Source: Stegostoma tigrinum (taxonomy: Eukaryota). From it: 64,000 nucleotides of DNA. The stretch is from positions 4,530,761-4,594,760 of the forward strand of contig NC_081383.1 of the NCBI RefSeq assembly GCF_030684315.1. The letters are read 5' to 3'. Under the pieces are notes generated by a model. The model saw only the letters and a list, made by a program, of their open reading frames with translations, was not told the DNA's origin and did no database searches. Position 1 is the stretch's first letter; each line of letters opens with the position of its first letter. Positions 12,600 to 26,147 of this stretch are shown here, piece by piece. The position numbers were made by a program, and so were the translations under genes.

Positions 12600-13504
12600 G
12601 TATCTGTTCTAAATTTTCCCTTTGCTAGTTTGTGCGTGCCTTGTGTATCCTCTCCATTTGCCATGTTTCTGGTCTATGCTTTCAGATCGATGAGCACGGG
12701 AATGTATGATGGGTTAACACCCACCTGAGAAGGTGGATGATGGCTTATTCTAAAAGTGAACACCTCAGTCTGACACTCCAGCATTCCCTGTCCTGAATCT
12801 AAGGGATCTGTTACTTTTTGTGCCCCCTCTCCGGGGTGGCTTTTCTCTTTGGTGCCAGAGGTGACAGATTTGTTACTTTTCAGTTTATTAGTCAGTTGTG
12901 ATCAGGTGACCATTGTGTGCCATTTTCGAATTGTCTGACTAATGATAGACATGTGATCAACCCAGTTTGATTGACTGGTCTTTGGGGTCATGCTAACCTA
13001 AAAGTCAGGCCAGTTAGAGTTTGCACCCTTGAGTTAAAAGCCTCCTCACTTAACCTCTGACTGAAAGTGGGAAGATTATTGCCTTTACAAATGTAATGAG
13101 AGATATGCATAAATGAGAAGTTCATTATGTAATGTCAAATTGGAACTGCTGTATACAGTGTGATAGAGATAAAATACAGAAAAAGTGGTCTCTTGACATT
13201 TCCAGTTACAGGTTTTATTAACAATGTACGTAACAATTTGCATAGACAGAGGGGTGAGTTTTTAATTTTATCCCTTATTTTAACAAATGCCCGACTACAA
13301 GTGATGCTTGGCTCTTAAATCTGCTAGTTACCATCCCTTCCTAAAGGTGGAAGTTGTTTCTTTAACTTGTGCCCTGTGAGAACATTTTTGTGGTTCATGT
13401 TTGTAAATACTCTGGTACCCAGACAGAGGTTCGTGTGTTCTGTGTGTCTTGTGCTTTTGCTGAATGGGCCCCCTCTGATTCACCAACATAAATCCTTTCT
13501 TACC

Positions 13505-14190
13505 AAATCAATACAGCTCCGAAGGAGACCATTTAACCTTTTGTAGTTGCACTAGCTCTCAGAATGAGCAACTCAATCTGCCATTCTCCCATCTTCTCCA
13601 CATAACCCCGCACATTCTGCCTTTTCAAATAGTAGTCTAATTATTTTTGAATGCTTCAAATGAACCTGCCTTCTCTGTAGACTCAGGCAGTCCATCCCAT
13701 CATGTAAGCTATGTGTGGAAGACAAATTCTCGTTTCTTTTTGCTGCTTTTGCCAATTATTTTCAATCTGCGCCCTTGTTTTTTAGCCTTTCATGAGCAAA
13801 AGCAGTTTCACCCTATCTACATGTCCTGACCCCTCATGATTTTGAGCACTTCGATCAAAAATCTCCTTTCTGCTTTCTCTTCTCCCAAAATAAACAGTCC
13901 TAACTTTTTTTTCAATCTGTCTTTGGAATCATTTTTTAAAAAAATCTCATCTGCACCCTCTCCAATGACTTCACATCCTTCCAAAAGTGCAGTGCCCATA
14001 CTAGAGAGAGCAGCAGGAATAGCGTCTCACACCTCCTTGTTCTTGTTCTTTATGCCCCTATTAATCATGTCCAGGATTCCATCTTTTACATTAAATGGTT
14101 TTTCATCCTGTCCTGTTCAATGACGTGAATATATACACCCAGCTCACCCTGTTCCTGAATCTTTTTAGAATTGTGCCCTTTGTTTTTGTC
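13505..14190 (-). mobile_element. Old CR1-type LINE 3' fragment
   Basis: Minus-strand remnants (DRLKK.LGLF.L...R.FLIEVLKIMRG). Confidence 0.6.
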
Positions 14191-14414
14191 CAGAGAAACT
14201 TTAAATCTTTTAAGTTTTTGTTAGGATTTTCATAAGTTAATTAGGCGTACTTACCTATTAGTTTTGGTACTTGCATCCATAATAGATTCAGTTAATTATT
14301 AAAGCTCCCCTATTAATCCTTCGATTTAAGTGCTCGGAGCGTCTTTCCACAATATGATCACCAGGTTTGATATAGTGATGTTCTGACCATGTGACTTGAA
14401 TATACAATGGCCGT

Positions 14415-14600
14415 GTAGATTATTTAGGACTGAGACAAGAAATTTCTTCACCCAGTATGTGGTGAGCCTATGGAATTCTCTACCACAGAAAACAGTTGAG
14501 GATAAAATATTGAATGTTTTCAAGAGGGAGTTTGTTACAGTTCTTAGGGCTGAAGGGATCACAGGGCATGGGGAAGAAAACAGAAACAGTAAAAGTAATT
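14415..14600 (+). mobile_element. CR1-type LINE 3' fragment
   Basis: FRTETRNFFTQYVVSLWNSLP, the typical CR1 ORF2 terminus. Confidence 0.7.
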
Positions 14601-16459
14601 AAGTTATGCACAAAGGAATAAATGCAGATAAGGACATGAGATACCTGGAATTCAGTTCAGTCCTTTAGAATACCATTGAGTCTGTGTCCTGTATTTGAAG
14701 GACTGGAGATATGCAGTGAAGGGTTAAAGTTGAAGAGCAGCTGTGATGACTTCTGCAGTCAAATACATCCAGGGTCAGGAAAGGCTCCACATAAATGCAA
14801 GATCTTTTTAAAAAATATTACCTGGAACTAGCAGGGATCATAGTCATACAGGAGCTAAACAGACTGTTTGGTCTGACTCCTCCATGCTGAACCAGGTTTC
14901 CCGAGCTAAACTAGTCCCACTCACCTGTAGTTGGCTCAAATCCCTAGTTCTGAGGAAGGGTCACTGCATCCAAAATGTTAGCTCTGATTTCTCTCCACAG
15001 ATGCTGCCAAACCTGCTGAGCTTTTCCAGCAATTTGTTTTTGTAGCTGGTTGACTAACATAGTTGAGAGAGGAGAATTTGCCAGCTCTGTCTTGTTTGGC
15101 TTACGTTTGATTCTAGTTGTGTGCTGTGTGGTTGAGTTCTAAAGTGCTCAGCGTTAGTAAGGCTGTCCACATCACCAGCATAAATGATAAAGAAAGAAAG
15201 ATTGAATGTAACAGATTCAGGCAGATCACATGAGGGTGTTGTAATCTGTTAGAATTAAACTGGATCATCTGTAGAGTTGTCTCCCAGCTCCCGGGTGGTA
15301 TTTTCTTCGAAGATTTCTTACTGAAAGCAGCAGAATGGTTTGATAATTTAAAGAAAGGACAGGACAGTTAGAACGATTGCAGGTATCCTGCTGGTTTATT
15401 GCTTCAAGGTAGGAAGATCACCACTCCTTTGTGCTCATGGTTAAAATCCTGGAACTTAGGTATTTTCTAATCAACCTGGGCCCCCAACTCACCAGGTAGG
15501 GGCAATACAAATGTGGTACAAAAGCCCCAATCCTGGAACTTGCATCGTGGCAGTTTAGTGGGGACACTTTCATTACATCAGGAATTGATGATGGAGCAGG
15601 GGAAAGGAACAGAATGTATTCCCTTACAGTATAATCACTGGCTTAGACCCCAGCAGAATGAATGAACTGTCCCTGTGCTGTAAAATTCTTTAATTCCAGC
15701 TCTGTGAATGGTCCAGAAAACATGGTTCGACAGCAATTGAGAGCAAACACGTTAGAATTGATTTGTCCCTGTTCCAAAGGGGGAATGTTGGCAATGATTT
15801 GGTAACCCAGTCAATGACATTGTTCAGCTTAATATCCCCTGGTCATGAAGTTCCCTGAAGGTCTCTGTGACATCAACATTGTGTTTTCTCTTGTGTCTCC
15901 AGAGGATAGAAGGAATCAGAAATTAAAGACCTCTCCTCCCCACTCATTTCTCCAGGTCCACTCTGGAGCCAGATTTATCACCTTGAGCATTGGGACACAG
16001 CTGCACATTTTGTTCAATTCTCTGCTGGTGGAATGTTCTGGAAATTGCAGTATTGCCTTTTGTACTTGTTTAATGAGCCATCCAATTGAACAGCAGTGAA
16101 CTATTGGCTCAATTTAAGAATTGGTTGAGAAGAGTGTGAATTTTATTTTGTGGTCTGGCTCTAGATTTAATTGGCTTCAACTTTCTTCCAACACAGGGCG
16201 ATCAGGCTTAGGAGCATGAAGAGACCAGGAGTAGCCAAGACTGTTCTGACATTCAATAATATCATAACTGATCTGGTTATCATCTCAACTCCTCCATCTT
16301 GTCTGCAGCCAACCAAAGACCTTGACTCCATTGTATTCAAACCACAGTATAGAAAGGCAATTAGTTTTATTTTGTAATGAAGCTCCTACGGATTCCATAG
16401 CCTGCCCAAAGTGAGCATGTGTGATAAGGCGTCCAGATCTTCCATCTGAGCCCTGTCAT

Positions 16460-16690
16460 GTTTTTGCATCAATCTGCTCAGAGATGTTATTACACACTTC
16501 TGGGCTTGAAGTGGGGCCCTCTGGCTCAGAGGTAGCAATGTTACTACTGTGCTAAAAGAGCCCAGATCTTTTGAGTGTTTTGAATCAGCCTGTTCAAATA
16601 TATTGTGAGATATTTCCATCACAGGTGGGATTTGAACCTGTGTCTTCCGGCCCAGAGGCAGGGACAGTTCTACTATTGCACAAGTGGCCT
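16460..16690 (-). mobile_element. Two tandem copies of a ~110-bp tRNA-derived short SINE
   Basis: Minus strand reads TGCAATAGTAG..CCTCTGGGCC..GGTTCAAATCCCACCTG..GAACAGGCTGATT, then a second similar unit. Same family as 46070, 50935 and 60440. Confidence 0.65.
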
Positions 16691-17182
16691 GCATCTTCTA
16701 GCTGAAAGTTCTATTCAGGATGAGGAGTACCCGACATCAACGAATCTCTTGTTTTTTGGGCAAGAAACTAGCAATTGCCAAGCCTTTAGTTACAAGATCA
16801 AATAGAACATGATTGATCCTCTTCCACTGCATCAAAACCTCATGGTTGTTGAAGTTCATTAATTCATAAGGGCTTCTTAAATTAGTGAGCAAGGCAAACG
16901 CTAGTAGTATTAAATTAATGTCAATACCCAGCTCTCTCCCCATCTTTTAAAAAAAAGCTGTAGATCCTGGGAATCGGAGACAAAAACAGAAATCTCTGGA
17001 GAAATTCAACAGTTGTGGCTGCATCTGTGGAAAGAGCCCAACATTTTAAGTCCAGTGACCCTTCAGACCCCATCTGCTTTCTCTCCATTGCATACCTGCT
17101 GAGTTTCCACAGCACTTTCTGCTGCTGCCTCTCTCTGGGCCCCTGAACAAGTTGCAAGAGATGAGAAAGAAATTATTAAAAG

Positions 17183-17512
17183 GCTTAGGTTTTAGCTGTG
17201 GCACACTCTCACCCCAAGTTAGAAGTTTGCGTTCTCGAACCCACTTCAAAGGCCAGAGAACATAATCCGTGCCAGTTTTGGGGGAGTGCTGCACTGTAGA
17301 TCTGCCATGTTGTGGATGAGATGCTAAACCCCAGGCCCTATATCTCCCCCTCTCAGGCTACTGTAAGAAATCCCATGAGCATTATTTTGAAAAGTAGACT
17401 AGTTCTTTGCAGTCTGGGGCTAAAAACTATTCCCCAAACAGCACAGATTAAAAATTTATCTGGTCATTATCCTGTCACTGGGAGTGTAAGGGAGTTTGTG
17501 CAAATTGATTGT
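17183..17512 (+). mobile_element. DeuSINE (SacSINE1/AmnSINE-like) remnant
   Basis: tRNA-like head followed by the Deu-domain-like gggagtgctgcactgt..gatgagatgctaaacc..aggccc..ctctcagg..atcccatg. Confidence 0.6.
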
Positions 17513-18204
17513 TCCTTTTCCATTTTCTTTTTTCTTCGCTTTCTCCTTCATCCTCACTCAATTTCCTGATACTGTCTCCCCTGATGGTACCTGTGATGGT
17601 ACCTTATAAATTGCTAATTCTATAAGTTTGAAAGAACCAAGGCCACATGGGCATGTTCAAAACCATATTGTTATTCCCGATCCATCTCTGGGTAAGGATC
17701 TGTGAACTCTGTACTATCACTGTGGGTGGACATACACCTGATGGACTGCAATGCTTCAAGAAAGCAGCCCAGCTCTCCTTTCTTGAGGGCAGTTGGAGAT
17801 GGGCAACAAATGCTGTCATTGATGGTGATGCCCATGGCCCATGAACAGGAAATCAGGCAATTGGTGACTGTTGGGAATTCTCAATCCCAGAAAGCTGTAG
17901 TCACTCGGGCATTACGTTCGAGTCAGAGGTCACTAGATATTTGGATGCTCAGTGAATTAAGAAGTATTGGAATACTACAAGAATGTCAAAGATTGGTCAT
18001 GGTTTTGTTAATCAGCCCCTATTTCTTAATGTCTTATGACAGTCGGTATATGTACCAAATTTTAATGTTGTTGACAATGAAAGTCTGGTCCACAGAAACT
18101 TTTCTTTGACTGAAACCGACTTACCATCTTGGAAAACTTAGAACAGAATCTGCAGGAATAATTCAACAAGGCTCTTGTATTGACCCTCTTTAGAGCATAT
18201 TCCT

Positions 18205-19150
<946 letters not shown>

Positions 19151-19616
19151 GCCCAAATGCTTTAAAATAACAGTGATTGCACCAACTTTGCAGTGAAGTG
19201 TATATTGCTTGTCCACTTCCAGTTGGTGATCTTCACCTGAGCTTTCCAAATTGGCTAGCTTTTTGTGACCTCATAAAATAATGCAGCTCCATTCATTCTG
19301 AGGTGCAAACAAGTTTGTGTTGGCTTTTAGAGGATGTGAAGTAAGGGATCTATTTGCATTGCTTACACTAAACGTAGCTTATATAATAACGCTTGTTTCT
19401 GCATTGACAGGAGGGGGGTGACCTCTGACCTTGACATTTTGAGTGTTATGAAATCACCCTGATCAAGGATAGGCTGGGTTGCATTATTCTCAACAAGCCG
19501 GTAGCCAATGGGCAAGGCTTCCCAGCAGTTTTTTCTTTGCTTGGCTTATTTCCCTTCCTTGGGGTTTCTATTTGGAGAATCCCAAGGAGTGTTGGTTCTC
19601 TCTCTGCTACCCTGTT

Positions 19617-20020
19617 GGATAGGCTGGGACTCTATTACATGGAGCATCAGAGGCTGAGAGGTGATTATATAGAGTTTTATAAAATCACGAAGAGCATAGA
19701 TAAGGTCTTTTTCCCAGGGTAGGGGAGTCCAAAACTATAGGGCACAGGTTTAAAGTACGAGGGGGAAAGATTTAAAAGGGGAGCGTGGGGCAATTTTTTC
19801 ACAGAGGGTGGCATGTATATGGAATGAACTGCCAAAGGAAATGGTACAGGTGAGTACAGATACATTTAAAAGACATTTGGACTGGTACATGAATAGGAAA
19901 GGTTTAGAGGGATATGGGCGAAATGTAGGTAAATGGGACTAGTACAGTTTGGGGAAATCTGGTTGGCATAGACGGGTTGAACTGAAGGGCCTGGTTTCTG
20001 TGTTGTATGATTCCATGACT
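19617..20020 (+). mobile_element. CR1 LINE 3' fragment
   Basis: DRLGLY..EHQRLRGD.IEFYKI followed by the CR1 3' UTR ending tatgattccatgact. Confidence 0.8.
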
Positions 20021-20851
20021 CCTCCAAACTGATCTGTCAGGGTCAGCTGGAAGCACAATCCCAGTAAAAATGTCCTTCGGCCCCATGATAAAAAAGGGCT
20101 CTTCAAGGGAAAAATAATAAACAGGAGTCTCTCCGTCATTCTTGTTGAGAGCCGGAGGAAGTCTTACCCTATTGTCTCTCTTTCTGAGAGGAAATCAAAT
20201 TATGCAAGAGCCCGGGTGTGGCCTCAAACAGTAGTAAAGGAAATATTCCAAAGAAAAGGCCCTGAGAATCTCAAAATTAAGTATTATTCAGAGAACAGAC
20301 AGGCATGTCATCCACAGAAGTGGCACAATGCACTAAAGAAATGCTGGTTCAGACCCCACTGGGTTCTGGTGCCCAGTTCTGAGTATCCCAGTTCAGAAAA
20401 TATGCGGTGGTTTGGACGGGCTAAGAAGAGATTTACTAGAATGGCTCTGGAGACGTGAGGCAAGAAATTACGTGGGAGAAGCTATGGTTTTCTCCATTGT
20501 GTAAAGGAGGATTTATGATGCTTGTAAAATGAGGAGGTGATTGGGAGGCAAGTGGTAAAAGAGGCCAAGACATCACAAGGAAAAGTTTTTATGCGCCTGG
20601 TAGTTAACCATTGGGAATGCTGCCGTGCCTGATGGGATGGGTATTTTCAGCAACTTTCAAAACGGAGTCGGATAAAAACTTAAAGAAAAAGTCACAGGGA
20701 TACAAGGAATGGGACTTCCTGAGCTGTTCTTCAAAACAGCTGGCACAGACTTACTGAACTGAATGGCCTCCCTGTGTGTGTACTCTATTTTCCTATTCTA
20801 CATTTCCTATTTAAAGGTTTCCCTTTGTAAGCAGGGAGTCGATATGATTTG

Positions 20852-20967
20852 TGATAATGGGAACTGCAGATGCTGGAGAATCCAAGATAACAAAGTGTGG
20901 AGCTGGATGAACACAGCAGGCCCAGCAGCATCTCAGGAGCACAGAAGCTGACATTTTGGGCCTAGAC
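20852..20967 (-). mobile_element. Penelope pLTR tail fragment
   Basis: gataatgggaactgcagatgctggagaatccaagataacaaagtgtggagctggatgaacac is the reverse complement of 27290-27400. Confidence 0.75.
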
Positions 20968-22704
20968 TTATTTTTCATTGCTCGGGCTCCCACGTAGTGT
21001 CGCTCACCTTCCAAATCAGGGGTGTCTCACCCATAAAAGGTGCTCTTTTTAAAAAAAAGGAATGACTTCCTTGAAGTGCCTTTTGATCAGGGAGCTCAGA
21101 CAGGGAGACACTGCTAATGTTTTCTGAGGTACTTTGAAGGAACCTTAAGGTTTAGCCTCATTGGGAATATCCTCTTCTTTTTATCCCAGGTTAGGCCTTG
21201 ACAGTTTTAACCACTAACTTATTATTAACAGCCCCCATGTTCTTGGGTTCAATGTACTTTTGAAGTAAGAATATTGTGAACTTGTTTACTCTATGTTCTG
21301 TTTACTGAGAAGCCCTAAATTACCTGTTTTACATTATCAGCATTAGACAGACAGCACAATAGAGCTGAGGGGTTTATGAGGAACTAATGAATTAGTTGAC
21401 ACAAAGTTTGAGTTTTAAAAGCCTATGCCTCATAAACAGAGGGAAATCTGTGAGGGGGGTGAAGACACGCAGATTTAAAATCCTGAGTAGGAAGTAGATC
21501 AATGAACACTGGTTTCAACGTTGAGGACGCCAAAATAAGACGGTGATTGGAAATCAGAGAGGAACAATCGCCACAATATTATTGATCAACTTAGGTTGGC
21601 TCAAAGGGAGTTTGACTGGAGACTAGCAAGGAGATGGACCTCATCCTTCACAAAATGTCCAAGGAAGATTTTAAGTTTTGCACATTGTTGGCTCTATGAA
21701 ATAATCAGTTGATTGTGGTGAAAGAAAAACTGGCGTGTTGTTTACAGTTGTGACAAAGACAGTTGGATGTTGCGCGTGAGATCAGAGGCTCTAATGACAA
21801 TGCCAGTACATGAAGAGGGGACCCAAGCTGGAGGTGCTCAATGCTTGCCTTTGCCTCCATATACACCCAACAAATAAAAACAGCAACTTCCCTCTGGCCC
21901 CTCTTCCTCAGCTGATGGTGTTAATCTAACACTGTGTCTCTCCCACTGCCTCATTTCTGTAAGCAGTCTTTGTGCGACATGATTGGGATGTTGAGGGCTG
22001 TACAAGGGAAACATTTGTATCACTGACCCTGACCAAAAGAGTCCTGTATCTCTCCACAGATGCTACTGAGTTTCTCCAACAGTCCTGAAGTTTTAATGGC
22101 AACAGCCAGAGTAATTTGCTGTTGTTACTTCGATGAGTTTGAGTTGCGTTTGATGTCAGGGTGATCGCTCTGTGCTGAGGACTGTAGGCTCTGGAATAGT
22201 TGACACAAACATCTCTAACTACCCTTCCTTCTTAAAACTTCTTTGATGAAGTGTTTTAATGTCTCCTTCCTTGGCCCTTTTTTTTCTCCTGACAATCACA
22301 TTAGAAGTGCTATATAAATTCTAGTTGTGGTCATGGAAGGAAATTGATTAACTTCTGGAGCAAGCAGAGATGATAGGGAAAAGACCATTTCTGCCAGGTT
22401 AGTCCCAAAGCTGGTACAATGCCATCCCCTAGTTGTCTCTCAAATACCTCCATCACTTTCCTATCAGTGTCCTCACACAGTCTCCTTTGGTCTCCTGAAG
22501 AGTTTTCTCATCTATATCATACCAGAGATTGGGACTCCTGTTAATGAGGAGGAATTGGAGAAACTGGGAATGATCTCCTCAGAAAAGAGAAAGTGAGATT
22601 TAATCTAGGCTTTTAAAAACCATGAAGGTAACAGGACAGTAACTAAAGAACACAGATTTAAAATAATTGGCAAATAAACCAGAACTGAGGCGGTATGAAT
22701 TCTA

Positions 22705-23061
22705 GAGTTGTAGAGCACAGTAACAGACCCTGCGGTCTAACTTGTCCACACCGACCAGATATCCTAAATAAACCTACCATTTGCCAGCATTTGGCCCACA
22801 CCTCTTTAAACTCTTCCTACTCATGTACTCATCCAGATGCCTTCTAGATGTTGTAATTATACCAGCCTCCACCACTTCCTCTAGCAGCACATACATGACA
22901 CCCTCTGCACAAAAAAGCTGCCCCTTAGGTCCCTTTTAAATCTCTCCCCACTCATCTTAAAACTATGCCCCCTAGTTTTGGACTCCCTCACCCTGGAGAA
23001 AAGACCTTGTCTGTTCACCCTTTCCATGCCCCTCATGATTTTATAAACTTCTGTAAGGTCA
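22705..23061 (-). mobile_element. CR1 LINE 3' fragment
   Basis: Minus-strand ORF DLTEVYKIMRGMERVNRQGLFSRV..KTRGHSFK. Confidence 0.8.
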
Positions 23062-24467
23062 TTTGGCACAGTGATTGATCAGGAGCATGATGCATGAAAG
23101 TCTGATAGAAGCAGAATTAATACTAAGTTTCAAAAGGGAATGGGATAAATGCTTTAACAAGAGAAAACTCTCACGGCCAGAGAGAAAGGGCGGGGAATGG
23201 GTCTGACCAAAAAAAATGTGATCCTGTTTCACCATATCAGTGGACTATCAAACATTACAGAAATTATTCATCTGATAATCCTGTCATCACCGAGACATCA
23301 CTGCTGTAGGTGTGTTGACACCATATAGATTTTATTCTGGAGTTCCTGAATGCGTCCCAAAACTATTCCTGTCTGGATCTATTGTTGTGTCATTGATAAG
23401 AGGATGATTGCTACAGTTGGTTGGTTAACAACTCCATTTGTTGTTGTAAAACTTTATTTGGCTCCTACATTAGTTTTCTCTGAAAGGCCAGTGTGATATT
23501 AATTATTTTTAATTAGCCTCTTCAAACATGTGAAGACATGCGTGTGTGTGTGTGTGTGTTCATGGGGTGTTGGTGGAGTTGAGCCAGGACTTCCCATCTA
23601 GAAACAAGGACACTAGCTCTGTGCCACAATGTTGTCAGCTAACACGCTTTTTGAGTTTGAATCCTTGGAAGTGAACATTGGTCTGTAAGTTGACAATTTA
23701 CAATGTGTAGTGGTGCAAATATTAAATCATTGGTATCAGTTTAGCAATGTGTATGACCTGAATCATTTTACTGTGTCTTTACCACGTGCAGTTCTTCAAT
23801 CTACACAGACAGATTGAACTAACATTCCAGGAGACTTGTTTAGAAATGGACACTTGTTTTATTAATAATAACATGCAAGGTAATAGTCACAGTCTGGTTC
23901 ATTTGCTCCAAACAATATAATTTATCACTTGCAAATACACAGTGGCTGGATGGCAAAGAGGAATCTTATTGGCTCTAAATTGAGACACCTCTAGATCATG
24001 AAAGGCACTACACAAATGCACGTTCTTTCTTACCATTCAACAGAAAAATAATGGGACCGAAATGCTGCCCCAAGTGGCCGCTTTGACTTGTTAAACAATG
24101 GACTCATCTGCATCTGGCTCAGGGCAAAAGCTCTTCTTGTTTGAGATCCCTATCTGTTCTGAGTCTTTTCCTGATTCAATAGCTGTTTGCAAAAGCCGGA
24201 CTTGCCAGTTTTTCTCACAGAGGGATTGAGATCAAAGGGTTTCCAATGTTATCAATGACAGGTATATTTCTGATTACCTAAACTAACAGACTCTGGGAGG
24301 AACAACATCGATGTATCTGTCTGCGTTCACATGTTCTGTGATAAACTCAGAATGAAATACACATTGCACTTAAAACCCCAGGCGCTTTTTTAAGAAACCG
24401 TTTCAATTGTTCACTTTGGAAACTGATTCAAAAGAAAATCCCCAAATTATGGCATATTTCACTGTGA

Positions 24468-25072
24468 AGGCATGGTGGCTCAGTGGTTAGCACTGTTGCT
24501 TCACCTGCGTCAGGGGACCTGGGTTTGATTCCACCCTCGAGCGGCTGTCTATGTGGAGTTTGCACATCCTCCCTGTGCCTGTTAAAATTGCCCGTAGTGC
24601 CCGTGTTTAGGTTAGGTGGGTTAGACATGATGAAATTAGGGGAATGGGTCTGGGTGGGATGTTCTTCGGAGGGATGGTGTGGACTTGTAGGCCTGTTTCC
24701 ACACTGGAGGGATTCTTTGATTGACAGGCATCATTTTGGGGCAGCATGGTGGCTCAATGGTTAGCACTGCTGCCTCACAGCGCCAGGGACCCAGGTTCAA
24801 TTCTACCCTCGGGCAAGTGAGTTTGCACGTTCTCCCTGTATCTGTACAGGTTTCCTCCAGGTGCTCAGGTTTTCTCCCACTGTCCAAAGATGTGTAGGTT
24901 AGGTGGATTGGTCATGCTGAATTGCCCATAGAGTTTAGGGATGTGTAGATTAGGTGGGTTATAGGGGGACGGGTCTTGGTGGGATGGTCTGAGGGTTGGT
25001 GTGGACTTGTTGGGCTGAAGGGCTTGCTTCCACACTGTAGGGATTCTAACTAACTCTAACTTCTAACTAACT
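24468..25072 (+). mobile_element. Two head-to-tail HE1-like tRNA SINEs (24468-24716, 24737-25072)
   Basis: Each starts gcatggtggctca(g/a)tggttagcactg (A box) with a ggtt(t/c)(g/a)attc B box, has the V-domain-like ggagtttgcac.tctccc and a CR1-derived tail. The second ends in (ctaa)n. Confidence 0.85.
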
Positions 25073-25527
25073 CTCCTGCCTTTAGAAAACATCACCACAG
25101 GGCAGCTCTCTCATTAGAGAAAAGCTGGTGGTGGTTTAACATGAGGGTCCCCACACTTCAAGCAAGGAGAGAGGCTGAGAAGGACAGTCCCTCATGGTAA
25201 CCTCAGCTGCTGTGGGATTTGAACCCATGCTATCGGTGTCATTCTGCATGGCAAACTAGCCCAACAGGAACAGAAAGAGCTGCAGGTGCTGGAAATTAGA
25301 ACAAAAAAACAGAAATTGCTGGAAAAGCTCAGCAGGACTGGCAGCATCTGTGGAAAGAAGTCAGAGTTAACTTTTCAGGTCCAGCAACCCTTCTTCAATT
25401 CTGCGAGAAGGGATTTCTTGTGGAGATACCTTGCTAGCAAAGCTTAGGCATTCGGTTTCACAGTCAATTTACTAACATTGACATAACTTACAAGCTCACA
25501 TTTCCAGCATATAATTAGATTGGATGA

Positions 25528-25835
25528 GATCCCCTACAGTATGGAAACAGGCCCTTCGGCCCAACAAGTCCACACCGCCCCTTGGAGCATCCCACCCAGA
25601 CCCATCCCCCTATTACCCACACACCCCTGAACACTATGGGCAATTTAGCATGACCAATCCACCTAGCCTGCACATCTTTGGACTGTGGGAGGAAATTGGA
25701 GCACCCGGAGGAAACCCACGCAGACACGGGGAGAATGTCTGTGCGGAGTTTGCACAGTCACCCGAGGCTGGAAACGGACCTGGGTCCCTGGCACTGTGAG
25801 GCTGCAGTGTTAACCACTGAGCCACCGTGCCGCCC
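25528..25835 (-). mobile_element. HE1-like SINE, full length, relatively young
   Basis: Minus strand GGGCGGCACGGTGGCTCAGTGGTTAACACTGCAGCCTCACAGTGCCAGGGACCCAGG..., CpGs retained. Confidence 0.88.
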
Positions 25836-26147
25836 AATTCACCCTCCTGTAATCTCAGTGGCTCCTTTTCTCAATTTTCTAATGTTGTCTTCATTCAGGT
25901 TCTGGTGGGGAAAGTCCAGAATGAGGGAATGTAACCTCAAAATTACAATCAAGCCACTTAGGTCTTCAGGATCTCTGGGTGCATCTCTGCACAGAAAGGA
26001 CTCCTGGAAACTCTGGACCACAAAATACCTGCTGAGTGGAAATCAATTGAAAACTTGAAAGGGATGGTAGATTTTCCTCCAGTAAAGGTTTCAGAGCCAA
26101 AGTGAGCAGATACAATTAGGTCGGAAAACAGGCACAACTTAACTGAG

